From the NCBI GenBank assembly GCA_000165425.1, contig CT867998.1, forward strand, positions 124,001-188,000: 64,000 nt of DNA, in the 5' to 3' direction. Shown here piece by piece: positions 51,898 to 64,000 of the stretch (its first letter is position 1; each line of letters begins with the position of its first letter). The notes under the pieces were generated by a model. That model was not told where the DNA came from. It was given only the letters and a program-made list of their open reading frames with translations, and searched no databases. The position numbers and the translations under genes are program-made. The stretch comes from Paramecium tetraurelia. Lineage: Eukaryota.

Positions 51898-53133
51898 AAA
51901 AAAATTAAATAAATTTTATATAATTATAACATACATAATCCTAACCACCCTATTTATATACTTGTTATGTTGATTAGAATCTACGATTGATGCAACCATA
52001 AATGTAATCCAAACATTATCCATGATAATAAGATCATTATTTTGGTAAACACAGTTGTTTTATCTTCTTTTAACACCACAATCAAAACAATCATTAAAAA
52101 CGATATTTCAAATAAGGTATCTATGAATATGTTATTAAATGATGCTAGAATTATTCCAAATAAGTAAGGTATGACACTTGATTGTCTCTCCTAAGGTTGA
52201 GGATTCAATTAGCAGTCTTGACTCTACAGTTCCAAAGGTTTATGATAGTAATCTGGAACTCCAATTGTATATGTATTATTTGATTACTCTTATCTGCTAT
52301 GATGAGGCTATCCATCATTTAATTCATTTGCAATCTCATTATTGTACGGTATCTTGATCTATCGTAAATCCTGCAATTGCAATGAATAATCCTCCAATTC
52401 GTCTTCAAATTTCTTGATATATGATACTACAAGACTACGAGCTTAGTTTAATTGTAGATTCAATAATTTCTGATCTAAAACTTTGATTTCATAAGTAATT
52501 TCCATTTCCAACAACTCCCCGTTCTCTTTCTATGCCAGTAGTTCAGTCACATGCTTATTGAATTGTAAGGAGTATGTCGGTATCACTATTGTAGTGTTCA
52601 TCTGATTTTGAGTGTTAGTATTCAAAGACAGTAGAATACTGTCACCAACATCCAAAATATCTATTGTTTGATTTAGCTAGAACTGTAAATTATAACTAGG
52701 CTTAAAATCACTTTCAAATTCGTAGTAATCTTCAATCTTCATGTAAAATGCATATTATCCAACCATAAACTTGTTATGCACTTGCAAATTCAACACTGAG
52801 GCTGAATGTAACATCAATCTCATAGGAGTTCTATTATTGTTGTTGCTAATCAATTGATTATTTTTCAATCTCTCATCTATAGCCGTAAGATTATCCTGTT
52901 CCTCTATTAGTTACTACTTTGAGTTGGCGATTTTTTGACTCAGCAACTAGATTGCATCCTTGTAAACCTTCTCAAATTACTAAATTGTGCATTACTTATG
53001 CTTTAACAATAATTTAGATACTTACATCTTGCATACATTTATTATACAATTAACTTATCAATTGACGATCGATGGCTATATTTGAATGACTCTAAAGTAA
53101 TTCAATAAGTTCTTGCTGTTAAAATGAATGCAT
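51894..53133 (-). CDS. Uncharacterised protein with C-terminal hydrophobic (2-4 TM) region; possible 5' extension to 53363
   Basis: MHSFQQQELIELLQSHSNIAIDRQL..., one 25-nt intron giving 1215 nt. C-terminus IPYLFGIILASFNNIFIDTLFEISFLMIVLIVVL...IMILLSWIMFGLHLW...IYLIFL*. Confidence 0.75.
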
Positions 53134-53736
53134 TAATTACAATATATTTTATTTATATAATAATTGAAATTGTTTATTCCAATCTATATCAATTTATATT
53201 CCTGTTTGCTCCACCTTAGCTGACTTGTATTGAATATGTAGAATTTCAAATATTATCAAGCATACACCCTCGACATAGACTAACTCTCTATTCGAGATCC
53301 CTCATTAGTTATGAACTACTACTCTATCACAGTTAATGCCACAGCTTCAATTTGAGATGTCATTTCAATATTTAGAATAATTTATTTATTTTACTAACCC
53401 ATAATAAATGAATTAAATTGTTTAGCAAAATAACTATAAATAAAATGTATTCATTGTATATATATGAGATTGCCACAGTTTTATTTCCTCATTATGAACT
53501 CAAACTGTCCATCTCGTAAATACAAAAAAGATCTTACTAAATAGGTTACAAATTTCGATAATAAAATGAGACATTTGTGCCGCAAGTAAGAAATATTCTT
53601 TTTTTTATTATAATTCCCATTTATATAATTTAAAATGTTAGTGACAATCAAAAAGGTTGGCTTGAATTTAGTAAAATTTAATAATAAAAAATATGTCAAT
53701 CTATCAAATGGTAATAATTTTAATTAAATTTAAACA

Positions 53737-54679
53737 TCATAGTCCTTCCTGTTATTATTATGAAGAATAAGCTAGCATCCTATCAACATTTGAAATTATT
53801 ATTTATTATGATTATTGTGTTTATGGCAATTCCACTCCTTTATTTATACTTCCTTCTAATCGAGGAGGGTAGAAATTATTAGATATCGTATTAAAATCAA
53901 GCTTAAGTATTTCGATAGTGTCTTCAGAAAATTCTGCATCTATGTTTCTGATAAAATTGGATTAGTGTTTCAAAAAGCAACATAAGAATTGCTCAACTTT
54001 TGTTATGATATTCTAATTTATTTTAAATACATACACATCTACAAGGAGATCCAGATGTTATAACAGCATCTAATAGCCCTAGAGAAGTTGAAACTATTGG
54101 GCCGACTGGATCAATAAATAAGATAAAGATGAAATTCATTATTATTGGAATTAATTTGTTGGGGATTTAAAGGTCAAAAAAGAATAAGTTGGTTTCACGA
54201 TGTGGTTATAAATAACACCTCACTTATAGAATTAGAATTACTTAAGTGTGCTCATGTAAAAAAACATATTCCATAATCCATGTGATGGATGGACGTAGTA
54301 GAAAATGTAAGTGTTAATTTCTATGTAATAGAATAGTGTTATAATTGACTAAATAGTGAGAGACTATTTATTACATCAATGAAAAATGTCTTCAGAGTTA
54401 TTTCTATAAAAAAGAGAGCAGTTCCTTATGCTTTCTCCCTTTCAGCAAGTAAATTCTAAGTAAATGCAAAACTCAATAAAAAGCTTTCAATTGAAGCTTT
54501 TTCATATTATTAATTTTACAATTAAAAAGGAATGATGGAAATAACCTCCATATTTGAGTCTTAGTTATAACTTCGTAAGGTAAGAAGGAAAGCAAATTTG
54601 AAAGAATTCCAGAAGTAAAAGCATCCGAGATAAGTATTATGATAGATAGCACATACAAGGTTAAGGATCCTATTGCCAT
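53737..54679 (-). CDS. Rhomboid-superfamily pseudoprotease (RHBDD/Derlin-like), paralog A
   Basis: Hydrophobic TM1, then QIWRLF (WR motif), EREKAQGT, and HPSHGLW at the position of the catalytic GxSG. Confidence 0.7.
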
Positions 54680-54793
54680 TATTATATAATTTAAAATATT
54701 TTTATATAAAAATAGCTATTTTCATTCAATTGTTGACGGGCCATCCTAATCACAATACTCACTACGGTTTAATTGATAAATTGATACCTATTA

Positions 54794-55708
54794 TCAACGA
54801 TAATATTCTCAAAGTTAAAATTGTCCCCGCCTCCAATCTTTATTCCTTTTCCTTAAAATGATCGTTCTCTTTCTGACATTTCCTTTTCTTCAGTAGGATT
54901 AAGATCTAAATTTTATTGCATCAAATGGAAATCTTCTCTCGTCACTAAGCGTTTCAGAAAATTGCTGTTCTCTATTTTTTTAATAAATGACTAAGATATT
55001 AGTAATGCGTATGATTTACTTGACTGGGTCTGAACATCATAGAATTGAAGAACTTTGCTTCAATGTAGCCAAAAATCAGAGCAGCTATGGGGTCGTAGCT
55101 TTAGTTCATTGCAAACCCGATCAATCCATAAATAATGGGAACATATTTACCAGGAAGTTAACAGGGAAAGAACCAAATCCTAACTAATCCTTCAGGATTT
55201 GCATAGCACCTATAATAGCATTGTTATTCTTACTGTAGGCTTAGGTAAACCAAATAGATATTCCATAAACCTCTGGATGGAATGGTGTAGACTTATATTA
55301 TCAATGATAGAATTAAAAATACAACCTTGAATAAGGATATATAAATTACTTGAATCATGAAGTTTTTAAAGAAGAAATCCAAAAGAAATACAACAGTCCC
55401 CAATTTTTTTTCCGTATTTACAACTGAGGTAGAAAATATATATATCATAAACATAACTCCAAACAAGGCTAAGAATTTTGATGATAGTTACATTCTATAA
55501 ATTGGGTAAAGAACAGTCTCCATAATTAAAAACCTTTAAAGATTTTCAATGGCAAATCTTAGAACCAATAAGTAAATATCCCAGAAAATAAAGCGTCGAC
55601 GAGAGTGGCAGATATTAATAAAAGCAATATGATTTTGATGCCCAAGGGAATTTGATTGATGAAACCTGCACATGACGTGTCTGCTTATGAGTATGTTCTA
55701 AAATTCAT
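54794..55708 (-). CDS. Rhomboid-superfamily pseudoprotease with SHP box, paralog B
   Basis: QIPLGIKIILLLL..., FQLWRLFFT, IPSRGLW, LPGKYVP, and C-terminal SFQGKGIKIGG (SHP-type p97-binding motif). Confidence 0.78.
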
Positions 55709-55785
55709 GAATAGTGTTAATAAATTGATATAAAAATATATGAAATAATTAATCAGTTCTCCCTAATTAATTAATTTTTATTTCC

Positions 55786-57099
55786 ATGCAATCTATTCAA
55801 AGCAACAGCAATTAAATACAGCCCACAATGGGAAGAGACAGATATGGTTAATCTCTATCAGTGGCCTTGCCAATTTCACCAGTTAAGAAACTTGATGTGA
55901 CCAATGTGACATTACGAAAATATGATCGTTATACAGGGAATCCGGAAACCATAGCTTGGGAGAAACATTTGTTATGCGAAATCGGAGTAAGTGATTGTTC
56001 CATTCTTTAAGGATGAAGATTTGAACTTTATAAAAGATTTTTACTTAGAAGAGAAATCATACAAAGATGAAGAGTTTTACTTCAGGTACATCGATTCAAT
56101 CAGAAGCAAATATCTGGCTGGAGCAAAGGAAGCTTACACATTGGCAAAAGACATATGCAAATAGTTGGTGGCCGAAGATCTGATAAAGACTTAGAGATTA
56201 AGGAAGAACCATAAATAAGTGACCCAAAGGATCAGACAAACATTAGGAACATTTAAGCAGACTAAAAATGAAGATATCTTGAGATGGGTACGAATGACCT
56301 ATTAAAGTAGAAAACTGGATTGAAGAAATTATTTCACGAGATGAGAGATGCAATCTAACACATTCTGGATGCAGGAGGGGAAAAGGAATTCTTTAGATTG
56401 GAAGAATTAATAAAATAGAAATAACACATAACAGAAGATTTTCTTAAGGGACTTCCAATTAGAAATGTTTAGGAAATCAACAAATATTTGCAATCAATAA
56501 GACTGTTCATCTCTAAAAAAACAGATGAGTTCTAATAACACAAGTTAGAACACGGAGATGATTTCCACTTTGATGAGAAAACTATTAGGGAATTGTCGAG
56601 ATCCTCATTGGAGGACACAGCTTCCTGTTACTCTGATCGGTTGACTGAGATTAGAGCACATTCTAAGAGGGAGAAATAGAAGGAGGCTGAGAAGTAGATA
56701 GAAAAGTTTTATGATCTGAATTAATTGAAAAATAAATGGAAAACTACTAATGTAGATTAATTGAAGGGAACGATTAGGAGAGTTTTAGTGAAGGAGACGT
56801 TATCTGAAGCTGAACACATTCGTGCAAGGGCGTATAGGTTGGAATAAGAGAAAAAGGGGATTTAGATTTTAAAAGTGTAGAAACCGAGGAAGGTTTAATA
56901 GACGGCTTAACAAAGGATTCAGGAAAGGAAGGAAAAGAAAGATAAGAGATCAGTGGCTGAATAATAAAGGAAACATACTTTAACTAGGGAGGAAATGAAG
57001 ACGGAACAATTGAAACAAGAGTTTTTTACAAAATACAATCCTAAATCTAGCATTGGAGAATAATTTTGTGTTGCTGTTGGTTATAATAATTTATTTTGA
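55786..57099 (+). CDS. Uncharacterised coiled-coil protein
   Basis: MQSIQSNSNQIQPTMGRDRYG...; E/K/R-rich open frame ending CVAVGYNNLF*. Confidence 0.75.
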
Positions 57100-57123
57100 A
57101 TCATAATAAAACAACTATTAAAA

Positions 57124-58949
57124 ATGCCATAATTTTTATAAACTACATAAAATCTTGTCTTAAAATTTCGTGATGTTGCCATAGATCAACTAGACATCTT
57201 CGGCCAACCTCCCAATTTCAGAGTGCTAAACAGATAAAAATATAACTCTATGATTGGATTGATAACGACCATACTTATTGGAGGTGTCACGTTTATTTAC
57301 TTGGCGAATGAATTAATCACAATGTTAGGCAAAGCTGAGCCGTCTGTGGTGTCCTCGGAAATCCAAGTGTTTGATACTTAAGTAAAGTAGAGTCATTTAA
57401 ATTAGACATTTCCTTTGTTAAACGATAACTTTACCTTAGCCATTTCAGCCACCAATAGTGCAGGAAATCAGCTCAATGGCCAGGGAAAGTATTATAATAT
57501 TTCAATTTTCCATTGCATAAGGAGCAGAACCAAAAATGAGACAACAGGATTGATTGCGGTCAGTGTGGAGTAATCATTTCATCAATATCTTATAAGATGT
57601 TCTCTTCTCCCAACAGAAACCTGTAATATGTCCCATTTTGTCACTGAATAATAGAATGATTATTTTAGTCGAATGAGATTAGGTGCCATGCAATGTATTA
57701 ATCGAGAGTATCTTAAAATAAATCCACCAGTATTTCTAATTTCTAAATTTACTAGCCATTGCAAGGACAATTGAATGCTATGGTCTATCAATATTTGAAA
57801 ATACAACTGACGGTTTGCCATAACTCAACCGAATATTAGAAATGCGCATCCCCAGAAGAAATCAAATCCATCTTAATGTCAGGACATTATGTAGTTTATA
57901 CGAGTGATTACCTAACGCAACTCAATAATCCCAGCGAACCCTACAAACAAATTATCAATAGTGAGTTTTCAGGCTACTCTGTATCCACATCTAAAATGAT
58001 TAAACAATATTACAGAATCATCTAGACTACCAGCGATGACGGCTGGTTGTTATAGAACATACATGTTAAAGAAAATCTCAAACAGCAGGAATGGAGAGAA
58101 ACCACAGAGTTGTACAATGGTGAATATATTGTGGAACACTACATTGCTCTGGATTATCGTCAAACCAATTATAATAGAAACTACGTTAAAATCCAAACTG
58201 TGTTAAGTAGACTAGGAGGCATTTGGCAGATCTTTATAATCATTGTGGCCTCCATCATAAAACCTATTATTAACACACTCATGAATTTGGACATAGCTAA
58301 CAGGGTTTTTCGGTTTTAATTAATGGAAGATGAGAAGGATCTCAAAACTAAGAACAATAGTCAAATGACTGAAACCAAAACGAATGAAGAAAAAATCACA
58401 ATTTATAATTGGAAATGCCAAAATCATAAACTATCAAGTGATATCACTTCAAAAATGTTAATTCTCTTTGGCTGTCGGAATTAAAAAAAATTATTATTCA
58501 ATCATGCCAAAGACCAAATTATGCAGAGCTTAGACATCATTAACATGATTAAAAAATTGTAGGAAATTGATCTCATTAAATAGATCATCTTTACTAAGGA
58601 ACAGCAACTCCTGTTCAATATCATACCTAATCCTCTTATTCAGTTGAATAATGAGTAGGAAAATAATAATTTAAAAATTAATAATATTGATTTTATTAAG
58701 CACATCAATCAAATATCCCAACACAATAATAAATACTACACCTACTTGGAATCGTATCACAAAATGATCAACACCAAAGATAAGAATCCTTTTGATGATA
58801 GAATTATTCAATTGTTGGATAAACAAACTCTAACTTTCTTTGACAAATAAATCGGGTAATTGAATGTTTCGCAAATTTCCAAATCCCCAGCCTATCTAGA
58901 AAGCAAAGACGAGGATATCAACGAACCAATACCATTATTACCGAAATGA
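57124..58949 (+). CDS. Two-TM membrane protein of an expanded ciliate family; DEG/ENaC-like topology
   Basis: LDIFGQP..F..KYNSMIG before TM1; large loop with Cys and N-glycosylation sequons (CHNSTEYQKCAS); YNRNYVKIQTVLSRLGGIW leading into TM2; cytosolic LDIINMIKKLQEIDLIKQIIFTKEQQLLF. Confidence 0.8.
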
Positions 58950-59085
58950 TATTGTGATTGATTACTTAGTTTATTTAATTAAAACAAGTTGTTTAATCAA
59001 AACAGAGTTTATTTAGCACTTTATATAATATAATCAGTAAGAAATTTTATAGATATTTTCAATAATAATATGTATAGTTATAGAT

Positions 59086-59601
59086 TCAAGTTAGACACTT
59101 CTAGAGGTGCTAGATGAAGGTTTAAGTCAATGAGAAGATTTCTGGAGATAGATTGATAGAATGGATTAGCTAATTCAATTCATTTACCTTCTCATTAGGT
59201 TTGCAAAACATAGATTCTTATTCGATTCTCGTATCACAGCCCCTAAGATAAAAATCTTATTATTACATTTAGTAGAGGTCTTTGTATTTGTCCCTCAAGT
59301 GCTTGTAATACCTGTTTTTTACCATACTGTATGATTTGTTTGGAAAATAAAGAGCTATTTTCACAAATTTCGGTCCCACTTCCTGGACCAATCTCAGGAT
59401 TCGCTTATCTTCCTCTTGAGTAAATTGGGACAGCGAGTGATTTTTGTGCTGTGAATCCTTTAACTTGTTTTTCTTTCTCAATTAACGATTGATATTGTAT
59501 TAAATCCTTTTCTGACCAGTTTTAATTGTGTAATCCCTATTGGCATAAAAACCATATTGTTTAATTGCTGAACATCGCTTCTCTCTCTTCATTTGTTCCA
59601 T
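59086..59601 (-). CDS. Single-repeat Myb/SANT DNA-binding protein (171 aa)
   Basis: FTQEEDKRILRLVQEVGPKFVKIALYFPNKSYSMVKNRYYKHLR in an intronless 516-nt frame. Confidence 0.88.
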
Positions 59602-61712
59602 AATATAAATAATAAATGGAAAATAAATTTTGGATTTGAATGCCGCTCCAGAATAAGATTTTGTGTTTTAAAATATAAGCAAGTTGTCTTTATCTAAAAT
59701 AAATTGATTTTAAGTACCATTTCAGTTCGAAATTAAAATGGCCCACCACTGTTTTTGCTAATTTGTAGTTGACCCTTAAATTAAATATATCCTGAAGTAG
59801 TAAATTTATAACTTCATTTAGATGGCGATTTGAATATAAAATTAGCAAAAAGGCATGGAGATAAATGAATTTCATTCAAAAGGAAAATTATGAACATTAA
59901 AAACTTCCAGTTTTTGAAAACAATTAAATCAAATTCAAAGGATATAAATTGAGTAATAACTTATTCTCATTTGGAGTGTATTGAAAATAAAAATTTATTA
60001 AAACATGTATTGAATTTAATAGCCTAATTTTTAAAATTAAACTCAAAAAGAGAGAATTTCACAAATTTTTTCCCAATTTTAAGTAATTTATCAACTATGA
60101 TTGATTGCTATTCTATTTTCAATCAATATTGAGATTCAATTAAAAAGACTTTCATCCACCATTAGTATGGGGTAATAAAATGTAGAGTATTTAGTTTATA
60201 CTTGTTAGGCTTGTAGTTTCGTGCCATAAATTTACTATTTATTTAGACTTCTTAAAAAGAAATAAATTGATAATGTAATAAAAATTTCATTTCTCTTTAC
60301 TTTACAATTCAGCAAAGCTATCAGGGTAGATTTGTAAATGATTTACAGAAAAATAGTTATTTCTCTAAAGCCTTAAAATAGAATCTGATAAAATTTTGGT
60401 TTCAAGCGAAAAATTATAATTAAAAATCGCAATTTCAGGTACATTGTATAAAGTATAAGGTCTTGATTTTGATGATCTAGTCAGTTATATATATTTGGAA
60501 AGAATGGAAATTGATAATAAGGTAAATAGTTTAGGTGTTTCAAAATTTATTTTAAGAGGATGTTTACTTAATTCCACAGGATCTGCTAAATTGAAGTTAG
60601 ACAGAAGAAAAATTAATTTCGTTAAATTTTATCAACCAAAATTTTAGTCTTGTTTATGATTTTAGGAAAACCACTTATATATTAGGAGGAAACAGTTATT
60701 AATATTAATCTATTTTAATAAGCAACGTATTTATATGCTGATATTTTCCAAGCTTCTGTTTAAAAAATAAACCATCAATATTTTCTCCATTATTACTATA
60801 AGGAATTAAACACAAATCAGTTTAAAAATCTAATTCCAATTAATACATTTACTATGACTTTTCTGCTTTCTCTAATAAGATTGTTTGTTCACATTCAGTA
60901 AAATAAAAATTAAATTTTGAATTCTCTCAGAAGAAAAATAGAGTGTCCGATGCTGAACTTGATATTTGAGTTACCCTTTGAGTTTTTCCTACCTAGAGGC
61001 AAATATTGGCGCGGAAACAGTCTAAATAAAATAACATAAAGTAATGTAACCCAGATTTTTTTTTCAAGAGATTAGAATTGCCAATTTAACTACAAATCCA
61101 GATCCTCAATTAAATGATAAGTTTTTCTCTTTTCAACTATTTGAATTAGCAGCTATTATATAACTAGAACTGAGAATTGGCATATAGGAGATTGATTTAA
61201 TAAGAAAGCAAAAATAGTTCCTATGATTAATGCCCCCTCAGGATACCTAATTTTCTTATTGAATGTTGAAACTATCTCGAGAGCAATCCACTCAGAGTTA
61301 TTTGAATCTTATCAACAACTTAAAATGACAAAGAAGAATTTTGGTTTAAGCTAAAGATGATTGAATCAATTTAGAAAATGAATAAATTAAGTTTAGTAAA
61401 GCTGAAGGAGTAAATATATGTATCACATGTAATAGATTTGCTTGTTAAAAATATGAAGTCTGCTGGCTTTATTTTTAGTTTCACAAATCTAAATATCATA
61501 TCATTATTTAGAAATTTGTTTAATTAGGACATAAGTTGCATCAAAAGAAATAGGCAGACAGTTTTAAATATATATATTTATTGTTTACATGTTATAACAA
61601 TAATATATGAACAAAAGAAGTCAGGAAAATGTCTTTAAGTTAAATGAAATTTGGAAAAATTTTAGTTTTAACCTTAGAATCTGAAGGAAGGGGAAATACA
61701 TATTTTTTAATT

Positions 61713-63110
61713 TCAAATGATAAAAGCTAGTAATATCATATTTACAAATGCTAAGAATCCATAATCACCGCATACTTCACATTCATAATCTGCACAGTAC
61801 TCCTATCCTTCAGGTTTTATACATGTAATTTCCTCACTCATAGTATTAATACATATACCTGGATCGTGTTCTTAAGTTGGATTTAATAGTAATGTTTAAA
61901 CTTAAATCCTAACAGATTTCCAAACTACTTCTGCTTTTAATTAAACAATCACTTAATTTAAAGTAGCATTAATAAATTAAACTGGTTTTACTTTTTTATC
62001 CAATCCATAACCATTAAACCAGACATCTGCATCAGTAAAATAGTAGTCTTTTTTATTATCGAGTATATAATGAATTTTAAAAGAAAATAAATCATTAAAG
62101 TGCAAGTTTGGAGATTCTTCAAACAATGTTTAACATGTCAGATCAGTGCACCATCTTATCCTACCATTTATATCAAACTATGTTTTAAGACGAATTTGAA
62201 TTGTGGTTTCAATATTATTGAGAGAAGGAGTTTCAGATAAAGCAGAAATCACCTTGATATTTAATTTGCTCAAAGCAATAGTTGCTTCCAATTATAGTAT
62301 AACCTATCCGGGAATTGTATTATTTATTTTAATTGGTTCTTATTTTTGATTAAATCCATTACCAGAATACCACACTTCAGTATTTTTCAAAAATTATTTA
62401 CTTTTTTCACTATCTAAAATCACTTATTTTATAAAAAATGTGTCATTAATTAAGATAGAGGGAGTTACATTTAATTTTGATATGCAATCGAAGTCACCAC
62501 ACCAATATAATTCAGATTATGGTGCATCGGAATTTGCTTATTCAGCTAAAATTTTATATTTGAATGATGTATCAAATAGTTTTTAAGAATCCTTAGTTGC
62601 AGTAATAGTGAAATTATAGATAAATTCATATTAAAAAGCTTCTTGATTAGCTGATTCAAAAATTATTGAATAACATCCTTCATATACATTATTAATGATA
62701 TTGAGTAATAAATTTTAATCTAATTGCGAAACTGGTATTTTGAATGAATATTATCTTGATTAATTAATTGAATTATTTGAAGATATAATTGGTAAGTCTG
62801 ATATTAAATAAGAGGATTAGTGATCAACTTTAGAGACGTATAATACTTTAAGTTTAAGACATGTTGTTTCTGGTTTCTTTCCATCTTCTACTACCAAGCC
62901 AAAGTAAATTGGATCTTCAAAGAGAGCGTCAATATAATTCACATTAATTTAAACTTCTTGTGACTCCTAAATGTAAACTGCATCTCCACTAAAAATATTA
63001 TGTGATTCATTAGTTCCAAATTTAGAGAAATATTTATTGCAATTAATTGAATTACTCTTAGAGCTCATTGCAATTACGATGAATTAGATAAACAATATGA
63101 TGTTCTTCAT
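61713..63110 (-). CDS. Predicted GPI-anchored surface protein (465 aa)
   Basis: Signal peptide MKNIILFIQFIVIAMS; two WCxDxxC motifs (YWCGDFDC, RWCTDLTC); Cys-rich C-terminus ending in a hydrophobic tail GDYGFLAFVNMILLAFII*. Confidence 0.75.
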
Positions 63111-64000
63111 TTCTATTAATTTAATTTATATTATATAAATATAATATGTCTATTAATCAAAAAAATCCAAAATAGCTTATCTTGAAAAATAATGGATCAA
63201 ATGATGAAATTAAGAAGTACTAAATTAATATTTTATTTCATCTTACAATATATGCTTTTTTAAATACTCATAATTGTTTTAATTAAATATCTATTATGTG
63301 TTGTTTTTCTTCAAAGCTTTTTGAGAATGTCCCTCAATCTTGATTGGATGATCCAATTCATAACAGTTTGGATCTCATTTAAATCAAATTAATAAATATT
63401 GATTGGTAAAATTGAATATAATTGAAAAGGTGATTAAATTACATTTTTCACTAGGAAAAAGGAATTTGTCTAAAAGAATCAAGAGAAAACTACTTGTTAA
63501 TACTTTCGTATTAAATTATAAAATCTAAAAAATTAAATTGTTCTCTATCCTCTTATATAGGAATCTCTATTTAGAATTTTCTATTTATAAAATAAACATA
63601 AATGAATTAAAATTTTACCATAGCCCAAAGTTTATAAATGTTGTATTACCTTACTAGAATTAATTAACAAAAATCATAGATTTTGGCAATTAAGTAGATA
63701 TATATTTTAATTAAATAATTGTATTAATCAAAAAGTTTATATGTCATTTATTAATTTATCAATAATTTTTTACAAATTATTCTTTTTTATTGAGATGTTG
63801 CTATTTAGAATGAAACTTTTAACACTATTGTTATTACTCAACTAAGTAAAGTATTCTCTTTGGAAAAGTCTTTTATCAAAAGTCAATACATTCATAGGTC
63901 CTAAGGGTTCACTTTATTTTTATACATGTCCCCATAAGTGCTTGTATTTAAGTAGTGCATCTTTAAATCTAGTAGGATGAAATTCCAAAGTTTTAGGTTC

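Noticed and set aside
26171..55708. ER quality-control 'cluster' (PDI-like, HSF, EMC2, rhomboid pair)
   Set aside because: The genes are spread over 30 kb among unrelated genes, with no evidence of co-regulation from sequence alone.
801..59875. Many ORFs in the supplied track (e.g. 20888-21184 -, 22620-22931 -, 24006-24296 +, 27585-27968 -, 33350-33793 +, 37258-37524 +, 54987-55187 +)
   Set aside because: They are antisense shadows of real code-6 genes on the opposite strand and carry no recognisable motifs.
60123..63110. Single ~995-aa ORF spanning the whole interval
   Set aside because: An in-frame TGA at 61713-61715 follows a GPI-like hydrophobic tail, and downstream frames contain stops.
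1..64000. Telomeric repeats, retained IESs, tRNA/rRNA/snoRNA genes
   Set aside because: No TT(T/G)GGG arrays or structured GC-rich RNA genes were seen. TA-bounded IESs cannot be called in such AT-rich DNA without a MIC/MAC comparison.

Overview
Very AT-rich, gene-dense eukaryotic DNA, most likely a Paramecium macronuclear scaffold. ORFs stay open only when TAA/TAG are read as Gln and TGA is the sole stop (translation table 6). Introns are 22-31 nt GT..AG, and intergenic spacers are often under 100 bp. The supplied standard-code ORF track is therefore fragmentary, so I re-translated genes by eye and some exon boundaries are approximate. About 30 genes can be supported. They include RPL21, RPS26, an AGC kinase, a hybrid histidine kinase, a divergent Vps4-like AAA ATPase, a PDI-like protein, a cystatin, an HSF, a Myb, EMC2, a minimal mitochondrial-type MetRS, a tandem pair of rhomboid pseudoproteases and a two-TM protein resembling DEG/ENaC channels. 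Several coiled-coil, TPR and orphan genes and some decayed remnants are also present. The most unusual observations are an ATGA stop/start overlap into MetRS, two head-to-head genes whose start codons are 5 bp apart, the candidate ENaC-like channel, an exact in-frame 180-bp tandem duplication and an intermediate-filament-like coiled-coil protein. I recognised no prokaryotic defence system, CRISPR array, tRNA/rRNA or transposase.
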